Below, piece after piece: positions 10,451-19,258 of a stretch of DNA of 64,000 nucleotides. Made by a program: the position numbers and the translations under genes. The number at the start of each line of letters is the position of its first letter. The first letter of the stretch is position 1. The notes under the pieces are model-generated. The model saw only the letters and a program-made list of their open reading frames with translations. It was not told the origin of the DNA and ran no database searches. This DNA is from Arcobacteraceae bacterium (GTDB taxonomy: Bacteria; Campylobacterota; Campylobacteria; Campylobacterales; Arcobacteraceae): contig JBLWVX010000006.1 of NCBI GenBank assembly GCA_048268245.1, positions 45,416-109,415 of the forward strand, given 5' to 3'.

Positions 10451-11762
10451 AGAGATTTTAGAGAACATCTCTGTTTTATATGTAGAAGATGAAAATGATG
10501 TAAGAGAGTTTACAGCTAAACTTTTAGGTTCATTGGTAAAAAAAGTTTATGCAGCTGCAAATGGTTTAGAAGGTTTAGAAACTTTTAAAGAAAACTCATC
10601 TGATATTGATTTGATTGTATCTGATATTAATATGCCTAAAATGGATGGCCTTGAGATGTGTACACAAATCAAGGAAATAAGCAAAGAAATCCCAATTGTA
10701 ATTACAAGTGCACATAACGACCCTAACTTTTTAAAAAGAGCTATAGATGTAGGTGTTAATACTTATGCTATGAAACCTATTGACTTATACCAGTTAGTTG
10801 AAAGTATGATAAAAGCAATTGAACCAATTTTGTTAAAAAGAGAGTTAGAGCAATTAAATATTTCATTAGAATCAAGAGTGGAACAAGAAGTTCAAAAATT
10901 AAAATCAATACTTGATGCACAAGATAACATAGTAATTGTTACAAATAATGATACTCTATCAAATGTAAATAAGAAATTCTTAGAGTTCTTTAAAGTAAGT
11001 AGTATTGAAGAATTTATCTCAAAAACAGCTAATATTTATGACTTATTCCAAGAAGAGTATGGTTTTATTACAAAAGATTTATTGCAAAAACAAGATTGCT
11101 GGATAAGTTATATTAAAAAACTTCCTGAAATAGATAGAGTTGTAAAAATAAAGAATTCAAACGATGAAGAAAGAATTTTTACTGTTAATATTGATAATTA
11201 TGATGAAAAAGACAACTATTATGTATTGTCATTGACTGATATTACTGAATTAAAAGAGAAATCAAATCTTTTAGAGTATCAAGCAAGTCATGACTCTTTA
11301 ACAGGTCTTAATAATAGAAATAAATTTAAAGAAATATATGGAAAAGAAATAAGAAGAGGTTTTAGATATAAGAATGATTTATCTTTAATAATTTTTGATT
11401 TAGACTTCTTTAAAAATATAAATGATACTTATGGCCATCAAATAGGTGACGAAGTATTAAAAGATATTTCACAAGTAGTTTTAGGAAATGTTAGAGAACA
11501 TGATATTGTTGTTAGATGGGGTGGAGAAGAGTTTTTAATTTTACTTCCAGAAACTTCATTAGAAGGCTCTTTAAATGTTGCCCAAAAGATAAGAATGGCA
11601 ATAGAAGATAAAGAGTTTAGTTCTAAGAATCTAAAATTAACTGCTAGTTTTGGTATTGCTTCTTTAAAAGATGGAGATGATGAAAGTACACTTCTTGAAA
11701 GAACTGATGAGGCTTTATATGAAGCTAAAAAATCAGGTAGAAATAAAGTAGTTGTAAACTAA
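10443..11762 (+). CDS. Response regulator diguanylate cyclase (REC-PAS-like-GGDEF)
   Basis: YVEDE, SDINMP, KP receiver; RWGGEEF; ATG 10443 follows AGGAG. Confidence 0.92.
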   Translation: MNKEILENISVLYVEDENDVREFTAKLLGSLVKKVYAAANGLEGLETFKENSSDIDLIVSDINMPKMDGLEMCTQIKEISKEIPIVITSAHNDPNFLKRAIDVGVNTYAMKPIDLYQLVESMIKAIEPILLKRELEQLNISLESRVEQEVQKLKSILDAQDNIVIVTNNDTLSNVNKKFLEFFKVSSIEEFISKTANIYDLFQEEYGFITKDLLQKQDCWISYIKKLPEIDRVVKIKNSNDEERIFTVNIDNYDEKDNYYVLSLTDITELKEKSNLLEYQASHDSLTGLNNRNKFKEIYGKEIRRGFRYKNDLSLIIFDLDFFKNINDTYGHQIGDEVLKDISQVVLGNVREHDIVVRWGGEEFLILLPETSLEGSLNVAQKIRMAIEDKEFSSKNLKLTASFGIASLKDGDDESTLLERTDEALYEAKKSGRNKVVVN

Positions 11763-11793
11763 GAAGATTTTAACATTAGAAGTTAAAATCTTC
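11763..11793. terminator. Terminator-like hairpin between convergent genes
   Basis: GAAGATTTTAAC-attagaa-GTTAAAATCTTC 12-bp inverted repeat. Confidence 0.55.
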
Positions 11794-12501
11794 ACCTAAG
11801 TAGTGTTCTCTTACTTTATCATCGTTTCTTATTTCTTCACTAGTACCACTTGAAAGAAGTGCTCCTGCTTTCATAACATATGCTCTATCACAAATCTGTA
11901 AAGTCTCTCTAACATTATGATCTGTAATTAAAACACCAATATTTATTTTTGTTAATTGTGAAATAATTTCTTGAATATCTTTTACTGCAATTGGGTCAAC
12001 CCCTGCAAAAGGTTCATCAAGTAATAAAAACTTTGGATGAGAAACTAGTGCTCTTGCAATTTCTGTTCTTCTTCTCTCCCCACCTGATAGTGATACACCT
12101 TTTCTTTGACGAATTGGTTCAATATTAAATATTTCAAGTAACTCTTCAACTCTTTTGTGTTGCTCTTCCTTATCATCAGTCACAATTTGAGCTGCTAACA
12201 TAAGATTGTCTTCTACAGATAAGTCTTTAAAAATAGATGATTCTTGAGGTAAGTAACCTATTCCTTTTAAAGCTCTTTTATGTAAAGGTAAATGAGTTAT
12301 TTCTTTGTCATCAAAATATACATCACCTGAACTTGGTTTTACTAAACCACAAACAGTATAGAATGTTGTAGTTTTACCAGCACCATTTGGACCTAATAAT
12401 CCAATAATTTCTCCAGAGTTTACTTCTAAAGAAATACCATGTAAAATTTCAGTTTTTTTAATGGTTTTTGTTATATCTTTAATATGTAGTTTATGATTCA
12501 A
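11776..12501 (-). CDS. lptB: LPS export ABC transporter ATP-binding protein
   Basis: GPNGAGKTT, GIGYLPQE, LSGGERRR, DEPFAGVDP, ITDHNVRETL, YLGEDF. Confidence 0.96.
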   Translation of the reverse strand: MNHKLHIKDITKTIKKTEILHGISLEVNSGEIIGLLGPNGAGKTTTFYTVCGLVKPSSGDVYFDDKEITHLPLHKRALKGIGYLPQESSIFKDLSVEDNLMLAAQIVTDDKEEQHKRVEELLEIFNIEPIRQRKGVSLSGGERRRTEIARALVSHPKFLLLDEPFAGVDPIAVKDIQEIISQLTKINIGVLITDHNVRETLQICDRAYVMKAGALLSSGTSEEIRNDDKVREHYLGEDFNF

Positions 12502-12907
12502 TTGTATATAACCTTTTATTGTCTTTTTTATCTATATTTATTACTAAAACTTCGTAGCCATACTCATTTAGTATTTCTTGAAGTTTTTTATCTCCCCATT
12601 CAACAAAATGAATTCCACTTTTTTCAAACTCTTCTAGCATTCCTAGTGAGATAAACTCTTCTAGTGTTTTATTGTAAACATCATAATGATATATTTTATC
12701 AGAGTAGATAGATTGTAATGAAAAGGTTGGAGAAGTTACTAAATCATCTAGTCCTAAGTTTTGTACGTAATTTTTAACAAGTGTAGTTTTACCACTTGCT
12801 AAATCACCTCTTAATATTATAATACAATCCTTATTATTTAAGATTGATTTTAAATAAGAGCATAATTCTTTTAGTTGGTTTTCTTTTAATTCAAACTCTT
12901 TAGTCAA
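12491..12907 (-). CDS. tsaE: tRNA threonylcarbamoyladenosine biosynthesis ATPase
   Basis: GDLASGKT, VTSPTF, HYDVY, VEWG. Confidence 0.93.
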   Translation of the reverse strand: MTKEFELKENQLKELCSYLKSILNNKDCIIILRGDLASGKTTLVKNYVQNLGLDDLVTSPTFSLQSIYSDKIYHYDVYNKTLEEFISLGMLEEFEKSGIHFVEWGDKKLQEILNEYGYEVLVINIDKKDNKRLYTIES

Positions 12908-12919
12908 TTTTTATTCCAC

Positions 12920-13903
12920 TTAATTTAATTGATTTGATATTTTAATAAGCTCTTCTAGCTTTTCTTTTGCTTTTCCACTTTTAATTGTATCTTTAGCAAT
13001 TTCAATACCTTCTTTTATATCTCTTGCTTTTTCATCTACTATTAAAGCAACAGCAGTATTTATAAGAACTATATCAAGTTTTGGTCCAATTATTTCATCA
13101 AATAAAATTGCTCTTGTTGTCATTGCATTTTCTTTTGCATCACCACCAACAATATACTCTTTTGGTGCTAGTTTTAAACCGAATTCTTCAGGATCAATTT
13201 CAAAGTCTTCAATTTTACCATTTATTAATGATGTAGCATAAGAAATATCAGAAATAGATACTTCATCCATTCCATCTTTTGAAGAAACAATTATTGATCT
13301 TTTTGTATCAAGCATATCTAAAGCATATGCAATTTTGTTTATATAAGTTTTGTCAAATACTCCTATAAGTTGCTTTGATACCGTTGCAGGGTTTGATAAA
13401 GGTCCTAAGATATTGAAAATAGTTCTATGTGGGATTGATTTTCTAATAGGCATGATATATTTCATAGCAGGATGATGATTTTGTGCAAACATAAAACAAA
13501 AGTTTGAATCTTCAAGCATTTTAGCTGAGTTTTCAAGTGACATTTCAAGATTTATACCTAAAGCCTCAAGCATATCAGCACTACCACTTTTACTTGTAAT
13601 ACTTCTATTTCCATGTTTTGCTACATATGAACCACTAGCAGCTAATAATATTGATACAGTTGTAGAGATATTAAAAGAGTTTGATTTATCTCCTCCTGTA
13701 CCACAATTATCGATTAGTTTTTCTTTTATACTGTAGTGAACAGGAAGAGGAATCAAATGATCTCTCATAGCACTAGCAGCTCCTGCAATCTCTGCAGCAG
13801 TTTCGCCTCTTTCATAAAGTTCAATTAAATAATCTCTTACTTCTTCTTGTGGTAATCTATTTTCAAAAATATCATCAAATTTTAATTTTGCACTATTAAA
13901 CAT
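12920..13903 (-). CDS. trpD: Anthranilate phosphoribosyltransferase
   Basis: GTGGD, FNIST, KHGNRS, SGSAD, RTIFNILGPL, DGMDE. Confidence 0.96.
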   Translation of the reverse strand: MFNSAKLKFDDIFENRLPQEEVRDYLIELYERGETAAEIAGAASAMRDHLIPLPVHYSIKEKLIDNCGTGGDKSNSFNISTTVSILLAASGSYVAKHGNRSITSKSGSADMLEALGINLEMSLENSAKMLEDSNFCFMFAQNHHPAMKYIMPIRKSIPHRTIFNILGPLSNPATVSKQLIGVFDKTYINKIAYALDMLDTKRSIIVSSKDGMDEVSISDISYATSLINGKIEDFEIDPEEFGLKLAPKEYIVGGDAKENAMTTRAILFDEIIGPKLDIVLINTAVALIVDEKARDIKEGIEIAKDTIKSGKAKEKLEELIKISNQLN

Positions 13904-13905
13904 AT

Positions 13906-14157
13906 TTATCCTTCTATTTTCTTTACGTACTCTTCCATTTTAGATTTAGGTGTAGATTTTGATGTAGGTATTTGTAGAACTTCAAATTTATCACTTCTTT
14001 CAAGATATTTAATCTCAATTAAATCCCCTACTTTTACCTCTTTTGCTTTTTTAACAGCTTGATTGTTAATAAAAACAACTTTATGTTCAAGCATATCTTC
14101 AGCAACTGCTCTTCTTTTTGTAATATTTACGGCGTTTAAAAATTTATCTATTCTCAT
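13906..14157 (-). CDS. S4-domain RNA-binding protein (Hsp15/YabO-like)
   Basis: MRIDKFL...KRRAVA...KEVKVGD. Confidence 0.88.
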   Translation of the reverse strand: MRIDKFLNAVNITKRRAVAEDMLEHKVVFINNQAVKKAKEVKVGDLIEIKYLERSDKFEVLQIPTSKSTPKSKMEEYVKKIEG

Positions 14158-14303
14158 AAGAGAGATTATATCTAATTATTATTAAAAGTGCTTTTTATAC
14201 ACTAAATATTAAGTAAAGGTTAATAATATGTTTAAATTATTTTATAGTTATATTTAGATATAATATATGCTTAAAATTTATATGAAATCATAGGATAAAT
14301 TAA

Positions 14304-15551
14304 ATGAGTAAAAAAGATGTTAAAAAAGTTGTATTAGCTTATAGTGGTGGGCTAGATACTTCTACTATTTTAAAATGGCTTCAAGACGAGTATAATGCTG
14401 AAGTTATTACTTTTACTGCTGACTTAGGTCAAGGTGAAGAAGTTGAACCTGCAAGAGAAAAAGCTTTAGCTTGTGGAATTAAACCTGAAAATATTTTTAT
14501 TTTAGATATCAAAGAAGAGTTTGTTAAAGATTACGTATTCCCAATGTTTAGAGCAAATGCAATTTATGAAGGTGAATATTTATTAGGTACGTCAATTGCT
14601 AGACCTTTAATTGCTAAAAAGCAAATTGAAATTGCAAATAAAATGGGTGCAGATGCAGTATCTCATGGTGCTACTGGAAAAGGAAATGACCAAGTAAGAT
14701 TTGAACTTGGATACTTAGGATTAAATCCTGATATTACTGTTATTGCTCCTTGGAGAGAATGGGATTTAAATTCAAGAGAAAAATTATTAGCATATGCAAG
14801 AGAGCATGGAATTGAAATTGATAAGAAACACTTAGATGAAAATGGAAATCCAGCAATTTCTCCTTATTCTATGGATGCAAACTTACTTCATATTTCTTAT
14901 GAAGGTTTATCATTAGAAAATCCAAATGCAGAACCAGAAGAATCAATGTGGTTATGGACTAATTCCCCTGAAGAAGCACCAAATGAAGCTGAATATATTA
15001 CAATTTCATATAAAAATGGTGATCCTATTGCTATTAATGGTGAAGAAATGTCACCTGCAACTATCTTAGAGACTTTAAATAAATATGGAAATAAACACGG
15101 TATTGGAAGAATCGATATCGTTGAAAATAGATATGTTGGAATGAAAGCTAGAGGTTGTTATGAAACTCCAGGTGGAACTATCATGTTAAAAGCACATAGA
15201 GCAATTGAATCAATTACATTAGATAGAGAAGCTTCTCACTTAAAAGATGAACTAATGCCTAAATATGCTAAGTTAATTTACCAAGGATATTGGTTCTCTC
15301 CTGAAAGAGAAATGATGCAAGCAGCTATTGATAAAACACAAGAAAATGTAGAAGGTACAGTAAGATTAAAACTTTATAAAGGTAATGTTATTGTAGTTGG
15401 AAGAGAATCAGAAAAATCTTTATTCTCAGAAGCACACTCTACATTTGAAGAAGATGAAGTATATAATCAAAAAGATGCAGAAGGATTTATTAGACTTAAT
15501 GCACTAAGATTTATAATTTCTGGTGAAAATAAAAAATACTATCATTTATAA
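14304..15551 (+). CDS. argG: Argininosuccinate synthase
   Basis: [42 protein letters not shown]. Confidence 0.98.
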   Translation: MSKKDVKKVVLAYSGGLDTSTILKWLQDEYNAEVITFTADLGQGEEVEPAREKALACGIKPENIFILDIKEEFVKDYVFPMFRANAIYEGEYLLGTSIARPLIAKKQIEIANKMGADAVSHGATGKGNDQVRFELGYLGLNPDITVIAPWREWDLNSREKLLAYAREHGIEIDKKHLDENGNPAISPYSMDANLLHISYEGLSLENPNAEPEESMWLWTNSPEEAPNEAEYITISYKNGDPIAINGEEMSPATILETLNKYGNKHGIGRIDIVENRYVGMKARGCYETPGGTIMLKAHRAIESITLDREASHLKDELMPKYAKLIYQGYWFSPEREMMQAAIDKTQENVEGTVRLKLYKGNVIVVGRESEKSLFSEAHSTFEEDEVYNQKDAEGFIRLNALRFIISGENKKYYHL

Positions 15552-15583
15552 AAATATAAATAAATAATATTTATATTGCTTAC

Positions 15584-15616
15584 AAAAAGGGCATTTTTTA
15601 CAAATGCCCTTTTTTT
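15584..15616 (+). terminator. Rho-independent terminator after argG
   Basis: AAAAAGGGCATTT-tttac-AAATGCCCTTTTT followed by more T. Confidence 0.85.
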
Positions 15617-15722
15617 ATTATCAATAAAACCTATACCCAAACTTTTTATAGTAGCTAAAATGTAACTTTTTTAGGATATAATATTATATGTATTTATATA
15701 ATTTAGAAAAAAGTGAAAATAA

Positions 15723-16817
15723 ATGAACTATTTAGAAGATCTTAAAAAAATAGTAAAAATCAATTCATATACTGCAAATAAAGATGGTGTAGATGAAGTT
15801 GGCTTACAAATGACACAATGGCTTGAAAATATAGGCTACTCTACAACTAAATATAAAAGAGAACTTATTGGAGATCATCTTTTATTTAAATCAAACAAAA
15901 AAAATGGAAAGAAAATATTATTATTAGGTCATAATGATACTGTGTTTCCAAAAAATTATTTTGAAGATTATACAGAAGATGAAAAATGGATTTATGGTCC
16001 TGGTGTTTGCGATATGAAGGGTGGAAATATTGTAGCACTAGAAGCTCTTAGAAATCTTTATAAAAAATATGGTCAAATTAATAATATTGATTTTTTACTA
16101 GTAAGTGATGAAGAAACTGGAAGTGATGATTCTAAAGATGTTACTTCTAGTTTAGCAAAAAATTATGATTATTGTTTTGTTTTTGAAGCTGCAGGTAAAA
16201 ATTTAGAAGTAGTAACTTCACGAAAAGGTGTTGGAAGATATATTGTTAAAATAGAAGGAAAAGCAGCTCATGCAGGTACTTCTTATGAAAAAGGAATAAA
16301 TGCAAACCTTGAAGGAGCAATTAAACTACAAAAATATAGTCAATTACTTGATTTAGATAAAGGTACTATTGTAAATGTAGGAAAATGTGAAGGTGGAATA
16401 GGAATAAATACAGTATCTCCTTTTTTTGAAATGATGTTTGAATTTAGATTTGATAAAAAAAGTGAAAAACAAAGAGTAATGAGTTGTGTTGAGGAAATAT
16501 CTAATACTAGTTTTGTTGAAGGTTCAATTTGTCATCTTGATGGAATAATTCAAAGAGATGTTATGGAAGAGAATCAAAAACAATTAGAGTATCTTAATTT
16601 TTTAGAAAAACTTACAAATCAAAAAATTCCTAAAGAACACAGAGGTGGAGTTAGTGATGCTAATATTGTTTCAAATTGTGGAACAATTACTATTGATGGT
16701 TTCGGTCCTTATGGTGATGGGGATCACACTTTAAAAGAAAGAGCACTTAAGAGTTCTTTTGAACAACGAATACAAATGATGACAAAAATTTTAGATTATT
16801 ATCAAAATAGCAATTAA
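15723..16817 (+). CDS. M20 family metallopeptidase (glutamate carboxypeptidase G2-like)
   Basis: GHNDTV, GPGVCDMKGG, DEETG, FEA, AHAG, GGVSD and a C-terminal His; no signal peptide. Confidence 0.88.
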   Translation: MNYLEDLKKIVKINSYTANKDGVDEVGLQMTQWLENIGYSTTKYKRELIGDHLLFKSNKKNGKKILLLGHNDTVFPKNYFEDYTEDEKWIYGPGVCDMKGGNIVALEALRNLYKKYGQINNIDFLLVSDEETGSDDSKDVTSSLAKNYDYCFVFEAAGKNLEVVTSRKGVGRYIVKIEGKAAHAGTSYEKGINANLEGAIKLQKYSQLLDLDKGTIVNVGKCEGGIGINTVSPFFEMMFEFRFDKKSEKQRVMSCVEEISNTSFVEGSICHLDGIIQRDVMEENQKQLEYLNFLEKLTNQKIPKEHRGGVSDANIVSNCGTITIDGFGPYGDGDHTLKERALKSSFEQRIQMMTKILDYYQNSN

Positions 16818-16839
16818 AATTATTTATAGAAGGGATAGT

Positions 16840-17742
16840 ATGGGCAATAGACAAATTGGTATGTGGTTATATCAAAATGGTGGTGGAGATAAAATCCAAG
16901 AAAAATTAATTAAACAATTAAAACAAAGAGATATTGATGTACTTGCTAATATAAATTTAAGAGATGCAATTGCAAAAAATGGGCATATCTTATACAAGGA
17001 TATTAAACTTGATAAATTAGATTTGTTCTTTTCTTATAATGCAGGAGAGCAAACACAATATCAAATGTATTTGTATAAAGCATTAAATCATGTAATACCA
17101 ATGATTAATTCTTATGATGCTTTTGAATTAACAGAAGATAAATTTCAAACATCTTTTCTTTTAAGGCACAACAAAATACAAACAGCTGATTATAAACTTT
17201 GTCATAGGGATGATACTCATCATCTTCAAGAAATAATGGAAAAGTGGACTAAGATGGTTTATAAACCAACTGATGGTTGGGGTGGAGTTGGTCTTACAAA
17301 AATAGAGAACCAAGAGACATTAGATATGTTAATTCCTTTTTTAAATCAGATGGATTTGAGATATTTTTATGTAGAAAAATTTATAGACTATGATAATACT
17401 GATTACAGAATTGATATTGTTGATGGACAGTTTGTTGGTTGTTATGGAAGAAAAGCAAGAGAAGGAAGCTGGAAAACAAATGTTACTAGTGGAGGAAGTG
17501 TTTTTCCTAGAGAGGTAAATGATGAGGTAATCAATTTGGCACTAAAAGCTGTTAAAGTTACAGGACTTGATATTGCAGGAGTTGATATTATTTATGATAG
17601 AAAAAAAGAAGAGTATATAGTTTTAGAAGTAAATGGAATTCCTGCTTTTGCAACACCAGAACAAGAAAAACTTGGACTTGATTTTAACGATAAAAAAATA
17701 GAATTAATAGCAAATTTAATTGATAAAAAAACAAAAAAATAA
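16840..17742 (+). CDS. RimK/LysX-like ATP-grasp amino acid ligase
   Basis: INS..AF...EDK, YKPTDGWGGVG, VEKFI, DYRI, WKTNVTSGG, GLDIAGVD, VLEVNGIP. Confidence 0.9.
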   Translation: MGNRQIGMWLYQNGGGDKIQEKLIKQLKQRDIDVLANINLRDAIAKNGHILYKDIKLDKLDLFFSYNAGEQTQYQMYLYKALNHVIPMINSYDAFELTEDKFQTSFLLRHNKIQTADYKLCHRDDTHHLQEIMEKWTKMVYKPTDGWGGVGLTKIENQETLDMLIPFLNQMDLRYFYVEKFIDYDNTDYRIDIVDGQFVGCYGRKAREGSWKTNVTSGGSVFPREVNDEVINLALKAVKVTGLDIAGVDIIYDRKKEEYIVLEVNGIPAFATPEQEKLGLDFNDKKIELIANLIDKKTKK

Positions 17743-17754
17743 GGGGAGAAAATA

Positions 17755-19257
17755 ATGGAAAAATTACCAAAGTTAGGATTTTTATATCTTGATTATGTTT
17801 TAAGATTCTTTGATCATTCAAATTTCAAAGGTTGGCCTGATAAAATAGAAGAAGTTGTTTATCATTGGAAAAATGATAAAGAAAGGTTTATAAAAGAGGT
17901 TAAAAGTAAAAAGATTGATATCTTAATTGGTAATATTCCAGCAACTGCTTATGATACATTTGTAGAAATATCTAAAGAGTTACCTCATGTTAGGTTTGTT
18001 CCTTCACTACAAACACAATTTTCAAATAAATCAAAAGAAAATGTAACTTTATTTTGTGAAAAAAACAATCTTAGTATCCCTAAAACAAAGATTTTTTATG
18101 ATAAGAAAAAAGGTTTTGAATATTTAAAAAACAAAGCCTCTTATCCTCAAATTATAAAAAGATCTTATGGACCATCTAATTATGGTGGATATTATGTACA
18201 TAAAGCTGATAATTATAATGAAGCAAAGAAATTATTAGAAAATAAGAAATATAATCCTATTTATACACAAAATGCAATTGATTTAAAATATTCAGGGGAT
18301 TTAAGAGTTATGTTAATTGGACATAAACCTATTTGTGCTTTCTGGAGATTTTCTGGTGATGGAGAGTGGATTACAAACACTTCGCAGGGTGGTACAATGT
18401 CATATGAAAATGTACCGATGAATGCTTTAGAGTTAGCAGTAGAAGCTAGTAAAGCTGCTAAAGCTGAGTATTGGGCTTGTGATATTGCCATTTGTGCTAA
18501 AACTGATAAACCATATATTTTAGAGTGTGCGACTGCATTTGCAGCCTTTCCTTATATTAGAGATTGGATTGGGCAATATTTAATGTGGGATTTTTCAAAT
18601 GGAAGATTTGGAATGCCTCATGTTCCTTTATATTCGTGGGAAGAATTAGGAAAAATTGATTCATCTTTACTTAGAACTATGAGACACATTGGGTTTAGTA
18701 AATATAAACCTTCTTGTGATGGTACATGGTATATAAATGATCCTAAAGATAAATTTGATATGTCTTTAACAGAAAAATCAATTGATTCAGATTTCCCTGC
18801 TTCAGTTAATCCTAAAGATTTACCAATTAAAAAAGAGTTAAATAAGCAAGCTTTAAAAGATGAGTTTGTTTTAGAAAGAATAAATTTCAATTGTGCTTCT
18901 CTAACTGATATTATGACTCTTCATGGTATGGAAGAGGAGTTAGCATTAGAAATACAAGAATATTTAAAAGATAACATTGTGACAGATGCAAGTGATTTAT
19001 TAGAACTTGAATCAATAGACGAACAACTTTTAAAAACTTGGGATGAAAATCTTGATGATATGAGAATTGATATAAATACTGCAAATGAAGAAACTCTTAA
19101 GAAAATTAAAGGAATTGGATCTAAATTAGCAAAAGTTATATTAGATTTTAGAAATACTTTTAATGATTTTAGTTCAATTGATGAGTTAAAACAAATTGAT
19201 GGTATAGGAAAAAATAAATTAACTCAATTAAAGTCTAGATTAAAAATAGGAGAATAA
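17755..19257 (+). CDS. Divergent RimK-like ATP-grasp protein fused to two ComEA-like helix-hairpin-helix domains
   Basis: ATP-grasp elements YPQIIK, DLRV, WITNTSQGG, WACD, ILEC; C-terminal RINFNCAS..IMTLHGM and RIDINTANEETLKKIKGIGSKLA..FSSIDELKQIDGIG. Confidence 0.82.
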   Translation: MEKLPKLGFLYLDYVLRFFDHSNFKGWPDKIEEVVYHWKNDKERFIKEVKSKKIDILIGNIPATAYDTFVEISKELPHVRFVPSLQTQFSNKSKENVTLFCEKNNLSIPKTKIFYDKKKGFEYLKNKASYPQIIKRSYGPSNYGGYYVHKADNYNEAKKLLENKKYNPIYTQNAIDLKYSGDLRVMLIGHKPICAFWRFSGDGEWITNTSQGGTMSYENVPMNALELAVEASKAAKAEYWACDIAICAKTDKPYILECATAFAAFPYIRDWIGQYLMWDFSNGRFGMPHVPLYSWEELGKIDSSLLRTMRHIGFSKYKPSCDGTWYINDPKDKFDMSLTEKSIDSDFPASVNPKDLPIKKELNKQALKDEFVLERINFNCASLTDIMTLHGMEEELALEIQEYLKDNIVTDASDLLELESIDEQLLKTWDENLDDMRIDINTANEETLKKIKGIGSKLAKVILDFRNTFNDFSSIDELKQIDGIGKNKLTQLKSRLKIGE

Positions 19258-19258
19258 G

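Noticed and set aside
18877..19257. A stand-alone comEA competence gene
   Set aside because: The HhH region is in frame with the ATP-grasp ORF, has no signal peptide or separate RBS, and no competence genes are nearby
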